Virus record (IMG/VR): IMGVR_UViG_3300011831_000028
Reading direction: 5' to 3' (one strand)
DNA length: 36,868 bases
DNA from: a virus
Lineage: Duplodnaviria; Heunggongvirae; Uroviricota; Caudoviricetes
The position numbers were made by a program, and so were the translations under genes. Under the pieces are notes generated by a model, which made no database searches, had not been told where the DNA came from, and saw only the letters and a program-made list of their open reading frames with translations. Shown here one piece after another: positions 1-9,858 of this stretch (position 1 is its first letter; each line of letters begins with the position of its first letter).

Positions 1-408
1 TTATTGCGGATGTTTGCGCCGGTGCAGCAGGCTGCGCACAAACAGATAGCAAAGCGCCCCCAGCGCACACCAGAACACCCCGCTCAGTAACCACGCCAGC
101 TCCTGCCACAAACTTCTTGTCGGGACATACATCAGACGCATCATCAGCAGGCACAGCGGTGCTGCCAGCATGGCCCCGAGTAGAGGCTTGATCACCTCTC
201 CTTTACGCGAGAGAAAACTGGCTGCGGCGCCCGGCAGGATGAAAAAGAGCAAACCCAGTTCCGGATGACCGGACGCCCTGAATGCCCCCTTCACATTAAA
301 AGCAAGCGACATGCAAACGACCGTAAACAGCAAAAAGCAGCTGACCACGCCCGCCCAGTTTCGTTTAATGTTCAAACTATCCTCCTGACTTATCTCTATC
401 AAATACAA
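1..408 (-). CDS. ybjM: host inner-membrane protein YbjM-like
   Basis: 135-aa hydrophobic ORF with stop at 1-3; recalled similarity to E. coli YbjM (WAG..CF..VVC, GHPE.GLLFFILPGA, WQELAWLLS.VFWCALGALC); divergent from ybjL as in E. coli. True start uncertain. Confidence 0.65.
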   Translation of the reverse strand: MYLIEISQEDSLNIKRNWAGVVSCFLLFTVVCMSLAFNVKGAFRASGHPELGLLFFILPGAAASFLSRKGEVIKPLLGAMLAAPLCLLMMRLMYVPTRSLWQELAWLLSGVFWCALGALCYLFVRSLLHRRKHPQ

Positions 409-648
409 CTTCGTCCAGTGGACGCCCAGTCAGATAAAGCAGTACGGCAATCCTTGCCAAAGCACGCACAGGCTGATGCGATAATAGGTGGCTGTCGGTA
501 GCTAATACGATTAAACTAACCGCCAGCGCATGTTTTAGGGAATTTATTAGGAAGCAGGGAGTCGTGAAGTCTTTCCCTGGCCCTAAAAACAGTAGCCCAA
601 ATAGTCCTTTCATTCAACAACTTACTGGTAAACAAGAAGTTAGCCTCC

Positions 649-2334
649 GTGAATATAAACGTCGCAGACTTGTTAAATGGGAATTACATCCTGTTATTAT
701 TTGTGGTACTGGCGTTGGGCCTTTGCCTGGGTAAATTGCGCCTGGGTTCAGTTCAACTGGGTAATTCCATTGGCGTTTTAGTCGTCTCTTTATTATTAGG
801 TCAGCAGCATTTCAGTATTAACACGGATGCGCTCAATTTAGGCTTCATGCTGTTTATTTTTTGTGTTGGCGTGGAAGCGGGGCCGAACTTTTTTTCAATT
901 TTCTTCCGCGACGGCAAAAATTACCTGATGCTGGCGCTGGTGATGGTCGGCAGCGCGCTGCTGATTGCGTTAGGACTGGGCAAACTGTTTGGCTGGGATA
1001 TCGGGTTAACGGCCGGTATGCTGGCAGGCTCGATGACATCCACCCCGGTGCTGGTGGGTGCGGGTGATACCCTGCGTCATTCCGGCATGCAGGGCGCACA
1101 GCTTTCCACAGCGCTCGACCACCTGAGTCTGGGCTATGCATTGACTTACCTTATTGGTCTGGTGAGCCTGATCGTGGGTGCGCGCTACCTGCCAAAATTG
1201 CAGCACCAGGATCTGCAGACCAGCGCGCAGACAATTGCTCGCGAGCGCGGTCTGGACACGGACACCAAGCGTAAAGTCTATCTGCCTGTGATCCGCGCCT
1301 ATCGCGTCGGGCCGGAGCTGGTGGCCTGGACCGACGGCAAAAACCTGCGCGAACTCGGCATTTATCGCCAGACGGGCTGTTACATCGAACGTATTCGACG
1401 CAACGGCATTCTGGCAAACCCGGACGGCGACGCGGTGCTGCAGATGGGCGACGACATCGCGCTGGTGGGTTACCCGGACGCCCATGCCCGTCTCGACCCG
1501 AGCTTCCGCAACGGTAAAGAGGTGTTCGACCGCGACTTGCTCGACATGCGTATCGTCACCGAAGAGATCGTGGTGAAAAACCATAACGCCGTGGGCCGCC
1601 GTCTGGCGCAGCTGAAGCTAACCGACCACGGCTGCTTCCTCAACCGCGTGATCCGCAGCCAGATTGAGATGCCCATCGACGACAACGTCGTGCTCAACAA
1701 AGGTGACGTTTTGCAGGTGAGCGGCGACGCGCGACGCGTGAAAACCGTTGCTGACCGCATCGGCTTTATCTCCATCCACAGCCAGGTCACCGACCTGCTG
1801 GCCTTCTGCGCGTTCTTTATTGTAGGCCTGATGATCGGGATGATCACCTTCCAGTTCAGCAACTTTAGCTTCGGCATCGGTAACGCCGCCGGGCTGCTGT
1901 TCGCCGGGATAATGCTGGGCTTCCTGCGAGCCAACCACCCAACCTTCGGCTACATTCCGCAGGGCGCGCTGAACATGGTGAAAGAGTTTGGTCTGATGGT
2001 GTTTATGGCAGGCGTCGGCTTGAGCGCCGGGAGCGGCATCGGCCACAGCCTGGGTGCCGTCGGCTGGCAGATGTTGGTTTCCGGACTTATCGTCAGCCTG
2101 GTACCGGTGGTTATTTGCTTCCTGTTCGGTGCCTACGTGCTGCGCATGAACCGCGCCCTGCTCTTCGGGGCAATGATGGGCGCACGTACCTGTGCGCCTG
2201 CCATGGAAATCATCAGCGATACCGCGCGCAGCAATATCCCGGCCCTGGGGTATGCAGGCACCTATGCCATCGCTAACGTGCTGCTCACGCTGGCGGGTAC
2301 GCTGATCATCATCATTTGGCCAGGACTCGGATAA
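649..2334 (+). CDS. ybjL: host putative transporter YbjL (AAE-family, with central TrkA-C-like domains)
   Basis: 561-aa ORF, N-terminus [33 protein letters not shown] matches recalled E. coli YbjL; hydrophobic halves flank a soluble central region. Confidence 0.85.
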   Translation: MNINVADLLNGNYILLLFVVLALGLCLGKLRLGSVQLGNSIGVLVVSLLLGQQHFSINTDALNLGFMLFIFCVGVEAGPNFFSIFFRDGKNYLMLALVMVGSALLIALGLGKLFGWDIGLTAGMLAGSMTSTPVLVGAGDTLRHSGMQGAQLSTALDHLSLGYALTYLIGLVSLIVGARYLPKLQHQDLQTSAQTIARERGLDTDTKRKVYLPVIRAYRVGPELVAWTDGKNLRELGIYRQTGCYIERIRRNGILANPDGDAVLQMGDDIALVGYPDAHARLDPSFRNGKEVFDRDLLDMRIVTEEIVVKNHNAVGRRLAQLKLTDHGCFLNRVIRSQIEMPIDDNVVLNKGDVLQVSGDARRVKTVADRIGFISIHSQVTDLLAFCAFFIVGLMIGMITFQFSNFSFGIGNAAGLLFAGIMLGFLRANHPTFGYIPQGALNMVKEFGLMVFMAGVGLSAGSGIGHSLGAVGWQMLVSGLIVSLVPVVICFLFGAYVLRMNRALLFGAMMGARTCAPAMEIISDTARSNIPALGYAGTYAIANVLLTLAGTLIIIIWPGLG

Positions 2335-2446
2335 GTCTCAAGTTTGCGCGTGGTGAAAATTATTTTCGTTACGCGCAGAACTTTTTTATCAGGGGGCAGT
2401 CATAACTAGTGCCACTGCTTTTCTTTGATGTCCCCAATTTGTGGAG

Positions 2447-2490
2447 CCCATCAACCCCGCCGTTTTGGTTCAAGGTTGATGGGTTTTTTG
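2447..2490 (+). terminator. rho-independent terminator-like hairpin downstream of ybjL; its 3' arm lies inside the attR core
   Basis: Perfect 10-bp stem cccatcaacc / ggttgatggg (2447-2456 / 2474-2483), 17-nt loop, then T6 (2484-2489). Confidence 0.45.
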
Positions 2491-2500
2491 TTGCCTGAAA
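2479..2500. repeat. attR core, 22-bp direct repeat atgggttttttgttgcctgaaa
   Basis: Identical 22-mer at 2479-2500 and 36378-36399, bracketing ogr at one end and int at the other. Confidence 0.75.
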
Positions 2501-2569
2501 TTTATGCTGTTTAAAATCATGATGTTAGAAACACTGTTTTTTAACGATGGCGACAAAATGGCGGCAGCG

Positions 2570-2788
2570 TCAAAGAGAGAGCGCCACCTGTCCTGATTTC
2601 ATTGGATGCGGCTGAACCGGATTTGACTCTTTTGGCGTTGCAATCGAACGAACAAAAGTTTCATGGGTAACAAAAGTATGGCTGCAGTTAATGTTCTGGC
2701 ACTGGTTGTAACGCTCTTTGGTCAATGAAGATACCTGAAAACTGCTGCGAGTATGGGCGGCACTTCCACACAGTGGGCAAATCATCAT
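2570..2788 (-). CDS. ogr: late transcription activator Ogr (Cys4 zinc finger)
   Basis: 72 aa from MMICPLCGS..KERYNQCQNINCSHTF, matching recalled P2 Ogr (MFHCPLCQH..KERYHQCQNVNC); start chosen at internal Met of the track ORF. Confidence 0.85.
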   Translation of the reverse strand: MMICPLCGSAAHTRSSFQVSSLTKERYNQCQNINCSHTFVTHETFVRSIATPKESNPVQPHPMKSGQVALSL

Positions 2789-2878
2789 TTTTCGAGTTCT
2801 CCCCATTTTTGCTAAATTCACAATAATGATACCGCATTATTCCATTTTGCAAACTTAAAAGTTCTCCATTGCGAAGAA

Positions 2879-3979
2879 TCATTCCATTTCGAAATCATCA
2901 ATCCTCACTTCAAGCTCCAGACTGGTTGTAAAACCGTTATCGGGGCTGACGGTATGCGTCAGAGTCGTAATGGTCCATTCCGCATCATCTATCGGCTGTT
3001 TAAAGCCACTGACCTTCACAGGCATTTCTGTGTAGAGATCTGCCCGCCCTTCCGCCAGTTGTAGCGAGAATGATGCAACGCCGCGTTGCAGGCGTTCCCA
3101 CTGCATTTTCGCTGCCCGTTCGGCGTTGCTCCGGTTGGCATAAGTGCGATTAAGTACCAGCACGTTTTCATCCGTACCCACCAGGTAATCGCCCTGCTTC
3201 GCTTCCGGCTCTTTCTTCTGCTTCTTAGTCCTGCGCTTACGCTTCACCGTGGTGCTTTCTTTCTTCTCGGGTTCGCGGGTATGCAACCAACTGGCAATTA
3301 CGCCCGTGTAGGCTCCGCGATCTGCCAGGGTAAAGCGGTGACTGTCGCCGTCCTTACGTGTGATTGAGATCACCGGCAGTGGTTTACCGCTGGCGCTTTT
3401 GCCCTGTCCCTGCCGGATGAATAACAGATTGCCATTTTTCACCGACGCGATGGCACCGTACTGGCGCGCCAGCCGCATCAGAAAACTGCCGTCACTCTCA
3501 TTAGTCTGGTCTATATGCTCCACGGGCTTATCCGACAGGTCTTTACCCAGTGCCATCTTCAGCTTATGACGCGCGGCTATTTCCTTCACCACTTCCCCGA
3601 CAGTGGTCTTGTGCCACGATTTTTCACGGCGGGTATTCAGCGTTTCCCTAAAATCAGCACTTCGCGCCCGGATAGTCAGGCGATCCGGTGCGCCGGTGTG
3701 TTCAATCTCGTCCACCGTGAATGCCCCTTTCGGGAAAAGCGGCTGCCCCTTCCAGCCCAGCGCCAGCGTGATGACCGCACCACGGCGCGGCAGCACGATT
3801 TTTCCGTCGGCGTCGTCCAGCTCCAGATCAAGCTGGTCCGCTTCAAAGCCCCGATTGTCCGTCAGCGTCAGACTCATCAGACGGTTATCCAGCACAGTAG
3901 TGATATCCCTGCCCTCAATACTGATGCTGAATGCGGGAGTTTTGTTGCCTTTGTTAAGCAGTTCAGAGCTGAAATTCAC
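2879..3979 (-). CDS. D: tail protein gpD-like (late control gene D)
   Basis: 366-aa ORF in the P2 D position between ogr and U; translationally coupled to U. Confidence 0.8.
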   Translation of the reverse strand: MNFSSELLNKGNKTPAFSISIEGRDITTVLDNRLMSLTLTDNRGFEADQLDLELDDADGKIVLPRRGAVITLALGWKGQPLFPKGAFTVDEIEHTGAPDRLTIRARSADFRETLNTRREKSWHKTTVGEVVKEIAARHKLKMALGKDLSDKPVEHIDQTNESDGSFLMRLARQYGAIASVKNGNLLFIRQGQGKSASGKPLPVISITRKDGDSHRFTLADRGAYTGVIASWLHTREPEKKESTTVKRKRRTKKQKKEPEAKQGDYLVGTDENVLVLNRTYANRSNAERAAKMQWERLQRGVASFSLQLAEGRADLYTEMPVKVSGFKQPIDDAEWTITTLTHTVSPDNGFTTSLELEVRIDDFEME

Positions 3980-4461
3980 GACAGCAGCCCTCCCACCGTT
4001 TTACTGATATCACTTAAGGCAGATGTTGCCGTGTCCTGCAGATTATTCAGTTGCGTACTGAGATCACCGAACATACCGGACAGGGATTCATCCACCCGTT
4101 TGAGCGACAGGGTGAACTCAATCCGGCGCGGCATACCGTCGCGGAAAAACTCCGTTTTAGTCTGATTCAGTCCCTCAATCACATACATGCCATAAATCGT
4201 GCCGCTGCCTTCAATCAGGGGCCATGCTTTCCCCTGTTCTGCCATCTGCTCCAGTGCCAGCAACGACAGCCTGCCACCTGTTATCTCCGGCATAAGAACA
4301 CCGGAAAGCGTCAGCATGTCGTTGTCCGGTCCCAGAAACTGCGTGGACGGACGTCGGTTTACCCGGCTGTTTGCCGCATGTCGCCAGCTGCGTTGATACT
4401 GCAGCTCCTGATACGGCACGGTGCGCAGCATAAACACGTACAATCCCAGCACCATCATCAT
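3976..4461 (-). CDS. U: tail protein gpU-like
   Basis: 161-aa ORF in P2 gene order T-U-D, overlapping neighbours by 4 nt. Confidence 0.8.
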   Translation of the reverse strand: MMMVLGLYVFMLRTVPYQELQYQRSWRHAANSRVNRRPSTQFLGPDNDMLTLSGVLMPEITGGRLSLLALEQMAEQGKAWPLIEGSGTIYGMYVIEGLNQTKTEFFRDGMPRRIEFTLSLKRVDESLSGMFGDLSTQLNNLQDTATSALSDISKTVGGLLS

Positions 4462-7400
4462 GCGTCGTATCCCCCCTGATCGCTGTAGTTACTCCTGGCT
4501 TTTGCCTTCAGCCTGCGTTCACGTTCATCAAGCTGGCGGGCCACCTCCCGCGCAATATCCTGCGCACTTTGTCCTGGCTGCGTCTGGATGATGATCTGCG
4601 TCGGTGCCTCAATCCTGTAAACGGGCGGCACAGTGGCTGCGCGACTCACAATTGCTTCTCCACCTTTCGCGGGAAGTGCCAAAGGGTGCAACGGTGGAAG
4701 CTCTGCTGGCGCGGCAGCAACGCCCATCATTCCGGCAACAACGGCAGCCAGTGCAGCTGTATTTCTCCGGCTGGTCACATTTGCCGGGCCGTTAACAATT
4801 TCCGGCCCGTTTTCACCGACGATGCCAAACTGCCCGCGCGGGATATAGCCGCCGCTGTCATACATCCCCGCAAAGCCATATCCCCATGACGGAAAACCAC
4901 CCGATGGCATCATCACTTTACCGTCTGTATTCACCGTCGCAGGTTGCTGACGCGTCACACTTTCCGGTAGTTTCGCCTTTGCGGCCTCTTTACTGACAAC
5001 GCCGAGTTTCTCCAGCAACCAGGAAACGCCGGATTTCAGGGAGTCCAGCGGATGCATGACCATATTCAGCCCTTCCGCCAGTGCCTCCCCGAATCGCCGC
5101 CCCATTGCCGCTGCACTCTGCAGTTCGGCAGAGGTCGACTTAACGGGCGTCAGCAGATCAGTAAACCAGCCCCACAGCGCCTGTACTTTGTCGCCAATCC
5201 ACTGGAATACGGGCTTAAGCGGTTCGAATGCTGCACTGACGGGACCTGCCGCCGCTTTGAATCCTTCCACCACGCCACCAAGAAATGCGGTGATGGGTTG
5301 CCAGTATTTCCAGACAACCAGCGCCACGCCCGCCAGTGCAGTAACCACAAGACCTATCGGACTGAGCAGAGCACCTAACAGACCAGATACGGCATACAGG
5401 GCAACGCGCAGCATCGCCAGTGGACCAGATGCCAGTACTCGCAGCACCGTGCCTGCGGCGGCCAGCCCACCGCGCAGTACCGCCAGAGGATTCATAAACA
5501 TCACAGCAACAGCACGTAAACCGGATAATCCAGACCGCAAAAGTGCAACCGGCGCACCTGCTACAGTTTTCAGGACATTTCCCGTCAGTGATGCCGTGCG
5601 GCGCAAAGACGACAACGGCGCAGTAAGTAAACCTGCGGCGTTGCCCGATGAGGTAAGCCCGCGTCGCAGCAGTGCCAGTGGTGCGCCAGCCAGCCAGGAC
5701 AACGCGCTGCTGGTTCGGGTTACTGCTGCCGTAACGGAAGGTAACGTTTTGATACCCAGCACAGAGAACCCCAGACGGATCACTGCCAGCGGCCCCAGCA
5801 CTGCAGCTAACACCACCGCTAAGGCGCCGAGGCCCACGGTAACCGCAGCCACAACAGCCGCTGCTTTCATCAGTGTGCCCGTCAGTTCCGGGTTAGCTTC
5901 CACCCAGCGACGCAACGCCCCCGTGACGCTTTTCACCGTGTACAGAATATCCATCAGCGGCTGGCGCAGCGTTTCACCCAGGCTGCTGAAGGTGTTCTGC
6001 GCTCCGGTTTTGACCAGCAACCACTGAGCAGAAAGTGAGTCCTTGTTGATGTCGGATTCTTTCTGCATGGAACCGAGCGCATCATTGCCCGCTGTCAGCT
6101 TTAACTGGCGCTGCAGTTCCGGCAGGTTGTTTGCCAGTTTCGCCGCGTCATCGCCAAACTCTTTACCAAACAACATAGTCATGGCAGACAGACGCTTGTC
6201 CTGCGGCAGTGCGTTCACCTTCTCCAGCACGCGCTGGATGGTTCCCATCGCATCCTTCGTCATCTGCTTTTCAATCACTTCAGGATTGAGTTTCAGCAGA
6301 TTCATCCCTTCAAAGAAACTCTTGCTTTGCATGGTGGCAATGGACAATTCACGCACCATCGCGTTTGCTGCACTGGCTGCAACCTCTGGCGCAGCGCCCA
6401 GTGTCAGGAAGGTGGAACCCAGCGCCGCCGCTTTACGATAATCCAGACGGTCAGCCACACCGCCCAGACGTTGCATCACATCAATGATGTCTGCCCCTTT
6501 CGACATGGCGTTATCATCCAGATAGTTCAGCGCATCGCCGAGCTGTTCAATATTGCGGGTGGGGATTTTGTAGAGCTGGGCGATTTTCCCCAGACTTTCT
6601 GACAGTTCATCCGCTGGCAGCTCAAAGGCTGTTGCCGCCTTTGCTGCCGTACTGGCGAAGGCCAGCAGGTCACGTTTCTGATCTTCCCAACTGTCGTCAG
6701 GGTTTGCGACGTTCATGCGCGCACCACCTTCAACCAGTGCAGCGAAATCCACCGCACCGTTTTCCATCGGCAACTGTTCGCTGGCAGCCTTGATGGCATC
6801 CTGCATTTCATAAAAACGTGCAGTGCGGTTGCCATTATCGTCACGCAGACCATTGACTTGCTTTGCCACACCTTTCATGGCATCTTCCATGCTGGTATAG
6901 CTTTTTACTGCCGCCATCACTGGTGCGCCCATTGCCAGCCCTGCAGCCGTGGTGGTGGCTCCGGCACCTGCAATACGATCACGCACCTCCAGCGAACGGG
7001 CATAACTGGCACGCGCTGCATTCATCCTGCGCTGAGCTTCCCCCAGTCGCTTCAGCCGCGCCTCCTGTTTCGAAAGTTCCTGGTTATAACGTGATGTTTC
7101 ACGGGCTAAACGGGCAGTTGCTCCCGCATCGTCTTTCGCAGAAATTCCCGCCCGGTACAGTTCAGCACGCACAAGCGCCGTCTGCTGCTGCAGCTTTTTC
7201 TGGCGTTCTTCCAGGCGCTGAACAGCCAGCCGTTGACGGCCCAGAGCAACAACCTGACGTTGCGAAGGCGGCCCCATCGCTCCCAGTTCCTGACTGAGCA
7301 AATTTGCACGCTGGCGGGCATAGTTCAGCCTGTCGCCTAATTTCTGATTTTCTGCCTGCAGCTTTCGGAAGCTGTCCAGACTGCTCCCGGCCTGATCAAG

Positions 7401-7535
7401 CTGCTTTATTGCATCGCGGGATTTTTTGACAGCAGCAGCCAGTTCTCTTGAACTGGCCTGCGCAGATCGAAATGGGCGGGTGAGCTTGTCAACCGCATTA
7501 AGAATGACCTGCAGACGCAGGTTGTTATCACTCAT
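4458..7535 (-). CDS. T: tail tape-measure protein gpT-like
   Basis: 1025-aa ORF, Ala/Leu-rich with coiled-coil N-terminal part and hydrophobic segments; located after E/E' as in P2. Confidence 0.85.
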   Translation of the reverse strand: MSDNNLRLQVILNAVDKLTRPFRSAQASSRELAAAVKKSRDAIKQLDQAGSSLDSFRKLQAENQKLGDRLNYARQRANLLSQELGAMGPPSQRQVVALGRQRLAVQRLEERQKKLQQQTALVRAELYRAGISAKDDAGATARLARETSRYNQELSKQEARLKRLGEAQRRMNAARASYARSLEVRDRIAGAGATTTAAGLAMGAPVMAAVKSYTSMEDAMKGVAKQVNGLRDDNGNRTARFYEMQDAIKAASEQLPMENGAVDFAALVEGGARMNVANPDDSWEDQKRDLLAFASTAAKAATAFELPADELSESLGKIAQLYKIPTRNIEQLGDALNYLDDNAMSKGADIIDVMQRLGGVADRLDYRKAAALGSTFLTLGAAPEVAASAANAMVRELSIATMQSKSFFEGMNLLKLNPEVIEKQMTKDAMGTIQRVLEKVNALPQDKRLSAMTMLFGKEFGDDAAKLANNLPELQRQLKLTAGNDALGSMQKESDINKDSLSAQWLLVKTGAQNTFSSLGETLRQPLMDILYTVKSVTGALRRWVEANPELTGTLMKAAAVVAAVTVGLGALAVVLAAVLGPLAVIRLGFSVLGIKTLPSVTAAVTRTSSALSWLAGAPLALLRRGLTSSGNAAGLLTAPLSSLRRTASLTGNVLKTVAGAPVALLRSGLSGLRAVAVMFMNPLAVLRGGLAAAGTVLRVLASGPLAMLRVALYAVSGLLGALLSPIGLVVTALAGVALVVWKYWQPITAFLGGVVEGFKAAAGPVSAAFEPLKPVFQWIGDKVQALWGWFTDLLTPVKSTSAELQSAAAMGRRFGEALAEGLNMVMHPLDSLKSGVSWLLEKLGVVSKEAAKAKLPESVTRQQPATVNTDGKVMMPSGGFPSWGYGFAGMYDSGGYIPRGQFGIVGENGPEIVNGPANVTSRRNTAALAAVVAGMMGVAAAPAELPPLHPLALPAKGGEAIVSRAATVPPVYRIEAPTQIIIQTQPGQSAQDIAREVARQLDERERRLKAKARSNYSDQGGYDA

Positions 7536-7964
7536 CGTTGGCCCCGCTTCTCTGAATCGCTTTATACCGCCATTCCAGCACTTCGGTCAGCGGCATAACG
7601 TCAGTAACGGATGGCGGCCAGTGAAAAATGGTGGCGATATCTGCCACCAGATCGTCAACCGTCAGGCTGTCGGTAAACCGGCAAGCACCGACTTCTTCAA
7701 CAAAAAAGTGACAACCTCAACCGACATGGCAGTGAGATCTGCCGGGTCCATCTCTGCAATTTCCTGTGTAGTCAGTGCCGGACTGGAGATGCGGGGGATC
7801 ACGATCATCATCGCGTTTACATCCATATCCATAATGGCCTGCAGGCGTGTACCGCGCAGCGCACCGGACTGCGGTTTACGCAGCACAATTTCGGTGATTT
7901 CTGTTTTACCGCGCTTGATGGGGGTATCCAGTTGAATGGTCTTTTCAGTCTGCTTATCGCTCAT
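7528..7964 (-). CDS. gpE+E' fusion made by programmed -1 frameshift
   Basis: On the minus strand the E frame reads ACT TTT TTG; after slippage on T_TTT_TTG (plus 7701-7707) I hand-translated the -1 frame as VEEVGACRFTDSLTVDDLVADIATIFHWPPSVTDVMPLTEVLEWRYKAIQRSGANDE, ending at TGA 7528-7530 and overlapping the T start. Confidence 0.6.
7662..7964 (-). CDS. E: tail assembly chaperone gpE-like (zero-frame product)
   Basis: 100-aa ORF upstream of T; contains slippery heptamer near its 3' end. Confidence 0.8.
   Translation of the reverse strand: MSDKQTEKTIQLDTPIKRGKTEITEIVLRKPQSGALRGTRLQAIMDMDVNAMMIVIPRISSPALTTQEIAEMDPADLTAMSVEVVTFLLKKSVLAGLPTA
7701..7707 (-). promoter_or_regulatory. -1 ribosomal frameshift slippery heptamer TTTTTTG
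   Basis: Heptamer in X_XXY_YYZ register relative to the E frame, as in the P2 E/E' and lambda G/GT tail chaperone frameshifts. Confidence 0.6.
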
Positions 7965-8018
7965 TTTGCTGTCCTGTCAATTGGGTTCTGGCGCGGTATC
8001 CCGCGCCGTTCAGATATA

Positions 8019-8534
8019 TCAGAGGCCGAGGGCGTTGCGGTGCGCTTCCATCAGGTCCACACCGTCCACAATTTCCACCATGTTGATAAGGTCCACTTCA
8101 TAGAGCACCTCACCATTGATGGTCAGCTTCGCGTAGCTGTTGGTACTGGTCACTTTGGTGGTGTTGCTTTCGCCCGTCTTCCACTCGCCGGAATCCACTT
8201 CTTTGTGACGTCCACGCACGACAAGCTCCACGGCCTGCACTTCTCCGGTATCGTCACGCTGGATAGAGCCGGTAAAGCGCAACTGGATGCCATCCACCGT
8301 GGCTTTACCCATCTGCTTAAACAGCAGCAGTTCAGTACCACCAATGGAAAATTCTGTGTCCAGCGCACTGTCATCAAGCCCCAGATCCACATCAACTGCA
8401 CCAGGCATTCCGCCGCCGCGATACTTCTCATATTTGCGGGTGAATTTCGGCAGCGTCAGCGACTCTACGATCCCCTGCCAGTTGTTCCCGTCGTTAAACA
8501 GGTTCAGATGTTTTAATTTGCGTGGTAAAGCCAT
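8019..8534 (-). CDS. FII: tail tube protein gpFII-like
   Basis: 171-aa ORF in the P2 FI-FII-E order. Confidence 0.85.
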   Translation of the reverse strand: MALPRKLKHLNLFNDGNNWQGIVESLTLPKFTRKYEKYRGGGMPGAVDVDLGLDDSALDTEFSIGGTELLLFKQMGKATVDGIQLRFTGSIQRDDTGEVQAVELVVRGRHKEVDSGEWKTGESNTTKVTSTNSYAKLTINGEVLYEVDLINMVEIVDGVDLMEAHRNALGL

Positions 8535-8543
8535 GTTGTCCCC

Positions 8544-9716
8544 TTACGCGCTGACCTGGCTGGCGAAATTCACCAGGTACTGATCGGTGATGCGCTGGCG
8601 CAGCATCAGATTTTCAAGTGGCGGCACTGGCGTGTAGTCATAGTCGATGGTGAGTTTTCCGGCTTTCAGCGTGTCTTTATCGTTCACCGACTCATCCAGC
8701 CAGCAATCACCACCAATGAGATAGCCCTGACTGACCAGGCTGCGCATTTTGGCGCGGATACCTTCGATAATGTCGCGCGCCAGCGACGGGTTCAGCGGTT
8801 TGTCCACCGCCCACATGTGCGCTTCTGCCATTGTGTCCATCAGTACCTGCGCTGTGCGGGTGTAGTTTTCGAAGGCAAAGAGCGGGTCATCACTCAGACA
8901 GCGGGAACCCCAGAAGCGGAAACCGTCCTTGCGCACAAGCGTGGTGACGTCGTTCTGGTTCAGCAGTCCCGCATCTGTTGCCGGGTCCTGCAGATCCCAG
9001 AACACATCAGCAGAAATTCCGGTGACACCGTTCACGCCCACGTTGGACAGGCTTTTGTGCCACCCAGTCTGCTCATCAATTTTGGCGCGCAGACCAAGCG
9101 CACGGGCGGTGGCATATGCCATTGCTTCGGCGTTCAGCACCGTGTCCCAGCCAGTAAAGTCAGGCCAGATCAGCATCCCTTCGCGCTGGCTAAAGTTTTC
9201 ACGGTAAGTGATCGCCTCCTGCACTGTCTTGCAGCCATACGCTGACAGGTAAGCAAACCCACGCAGGCTTTGCGCCACGCTCAGCAATTCAGTCGCAACG
9301 GCTTTGTTATCGTGGCCTGGCACGCCAAGAATGCGCGGTTTAACGCCGAGCTGTGACTGGGCAGATAACAGAGCTTTCATGCCTGTTTTTTTACCTTCAG
9401 CAGTCACTGCGCCGATGATATTGGTCGTGGTTTCTTCTTCCGTTTCACCCTGCGGCACACGCACAACAACGGTCACGGGTTTTGCCTGGTCAGCGATGGC
9501 ATCCAGCGAACGGGCCAGCGTGCCGGACTCACCCGCTTTACCGCTGGCAGTCAGCACATCAGTGATCAGAACAGGTTTGTTAAGAGGAAACATTTTTGCA
9601 TCGGCATCATCGCCCGTGCAGACCATGCCCACGATGGCGGTGCTCACCGTGGTAATGGATCGGGTGCCTTCGTTGACTTCAACAACGCGCACCCCGTGGT
9701 GGTAATCCTGAGCCAT
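8544..9716 (-). CDS. FI: contractile tail sheath protein gpFI-like
   Basis: 390-aa ORF at the head of the FI-FII-E-T-U-D operon; size and position match P2 FI. Confidence 0.85.
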   Translation of the reverse strand: MAQDYHHGVRVVEVNEGTRSITTVSTAIVGMVCTGDDADAKMFPLNKPVLITDVLTASGKAGESGTLARSLDAIADQAKPVTVVVRVPQGETEEETTTNIIGAVTAEGKKTGMKALLSAQSQLGVKPRILGVPGHDNKAVATELLSVAQSLRGFAYLSAYGCKTVQEAITYRENFSQREGMLIWPDFTGWDTVLNAEAMAYATARALGLRAKIDEQTGWHKSLSNVGVNGVTGISADVFWDLQDPATDAGLLNQNDVTTLVRKDGFRFWGSRCLSDDPLFAFENYTRTAQVLMDTMAEAHMWAVDKPLNPSLARDIIEGIRAKMRSLVSQGYLIGGDCWLDESVNDKDTLKAGKLTIDYDYTPVPPLENLMLRQRITDQYLVNFASQVSA

Positions 9717-9792
9717 AGTGGCGAACCTCCTGATTGGATTAGGCTTCGCCCTATGTTGAAGTGATTGTGCCTGACAAACAGCTAAGCGCAGT

Positions 9793-9810
9793 TGTACCGT
9801 TATTCACACA
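9793..9810. promoter_or_regulatory. putative Ogr-dependent late promoter element (TGT-N12-ACA) upstream of FI
   Basis: tgtaccgttattcacaca; shares the extended TGTACCG..CACACAAA context with the site at 21654-21671. Confidence 0.45.
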
Positions 9811-9858
9811 AAATGACGGTATTTGTCTACTTGCAGGGATAATCAAAATAATGCTGAT

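Noticed and set aside
1006-1584. 192-aa minus-strand ORF inside ybjL
   Set aside because: Antisense to a conserved host transporter gene; His/Arg/Val-rich composition typical of GC-rich antisense ORFs.
2334-2570. Possible tRNA or small RNA as integration target at the att site
   Set aside because: No cloverleaf-compatible sequence or conserved tRNA boxes seen; the att core maps to a terminator-like hairpin instead.
5056-6027. 323-aa plus-strand ORF, with several other long plus-strand ORFs, across the tape-measure gene
   Set aside because: Antisense to the well-supported T gene in GC-rich DNA; Ala/Pro/Arg/Ser-rich low-complexity translation typical of spurious antisense frames.
7932-8516. 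194-aa plus-strand ORF across gpFII
   Set aside because: Antisense to FII, which fits the conserved P2 gene order.
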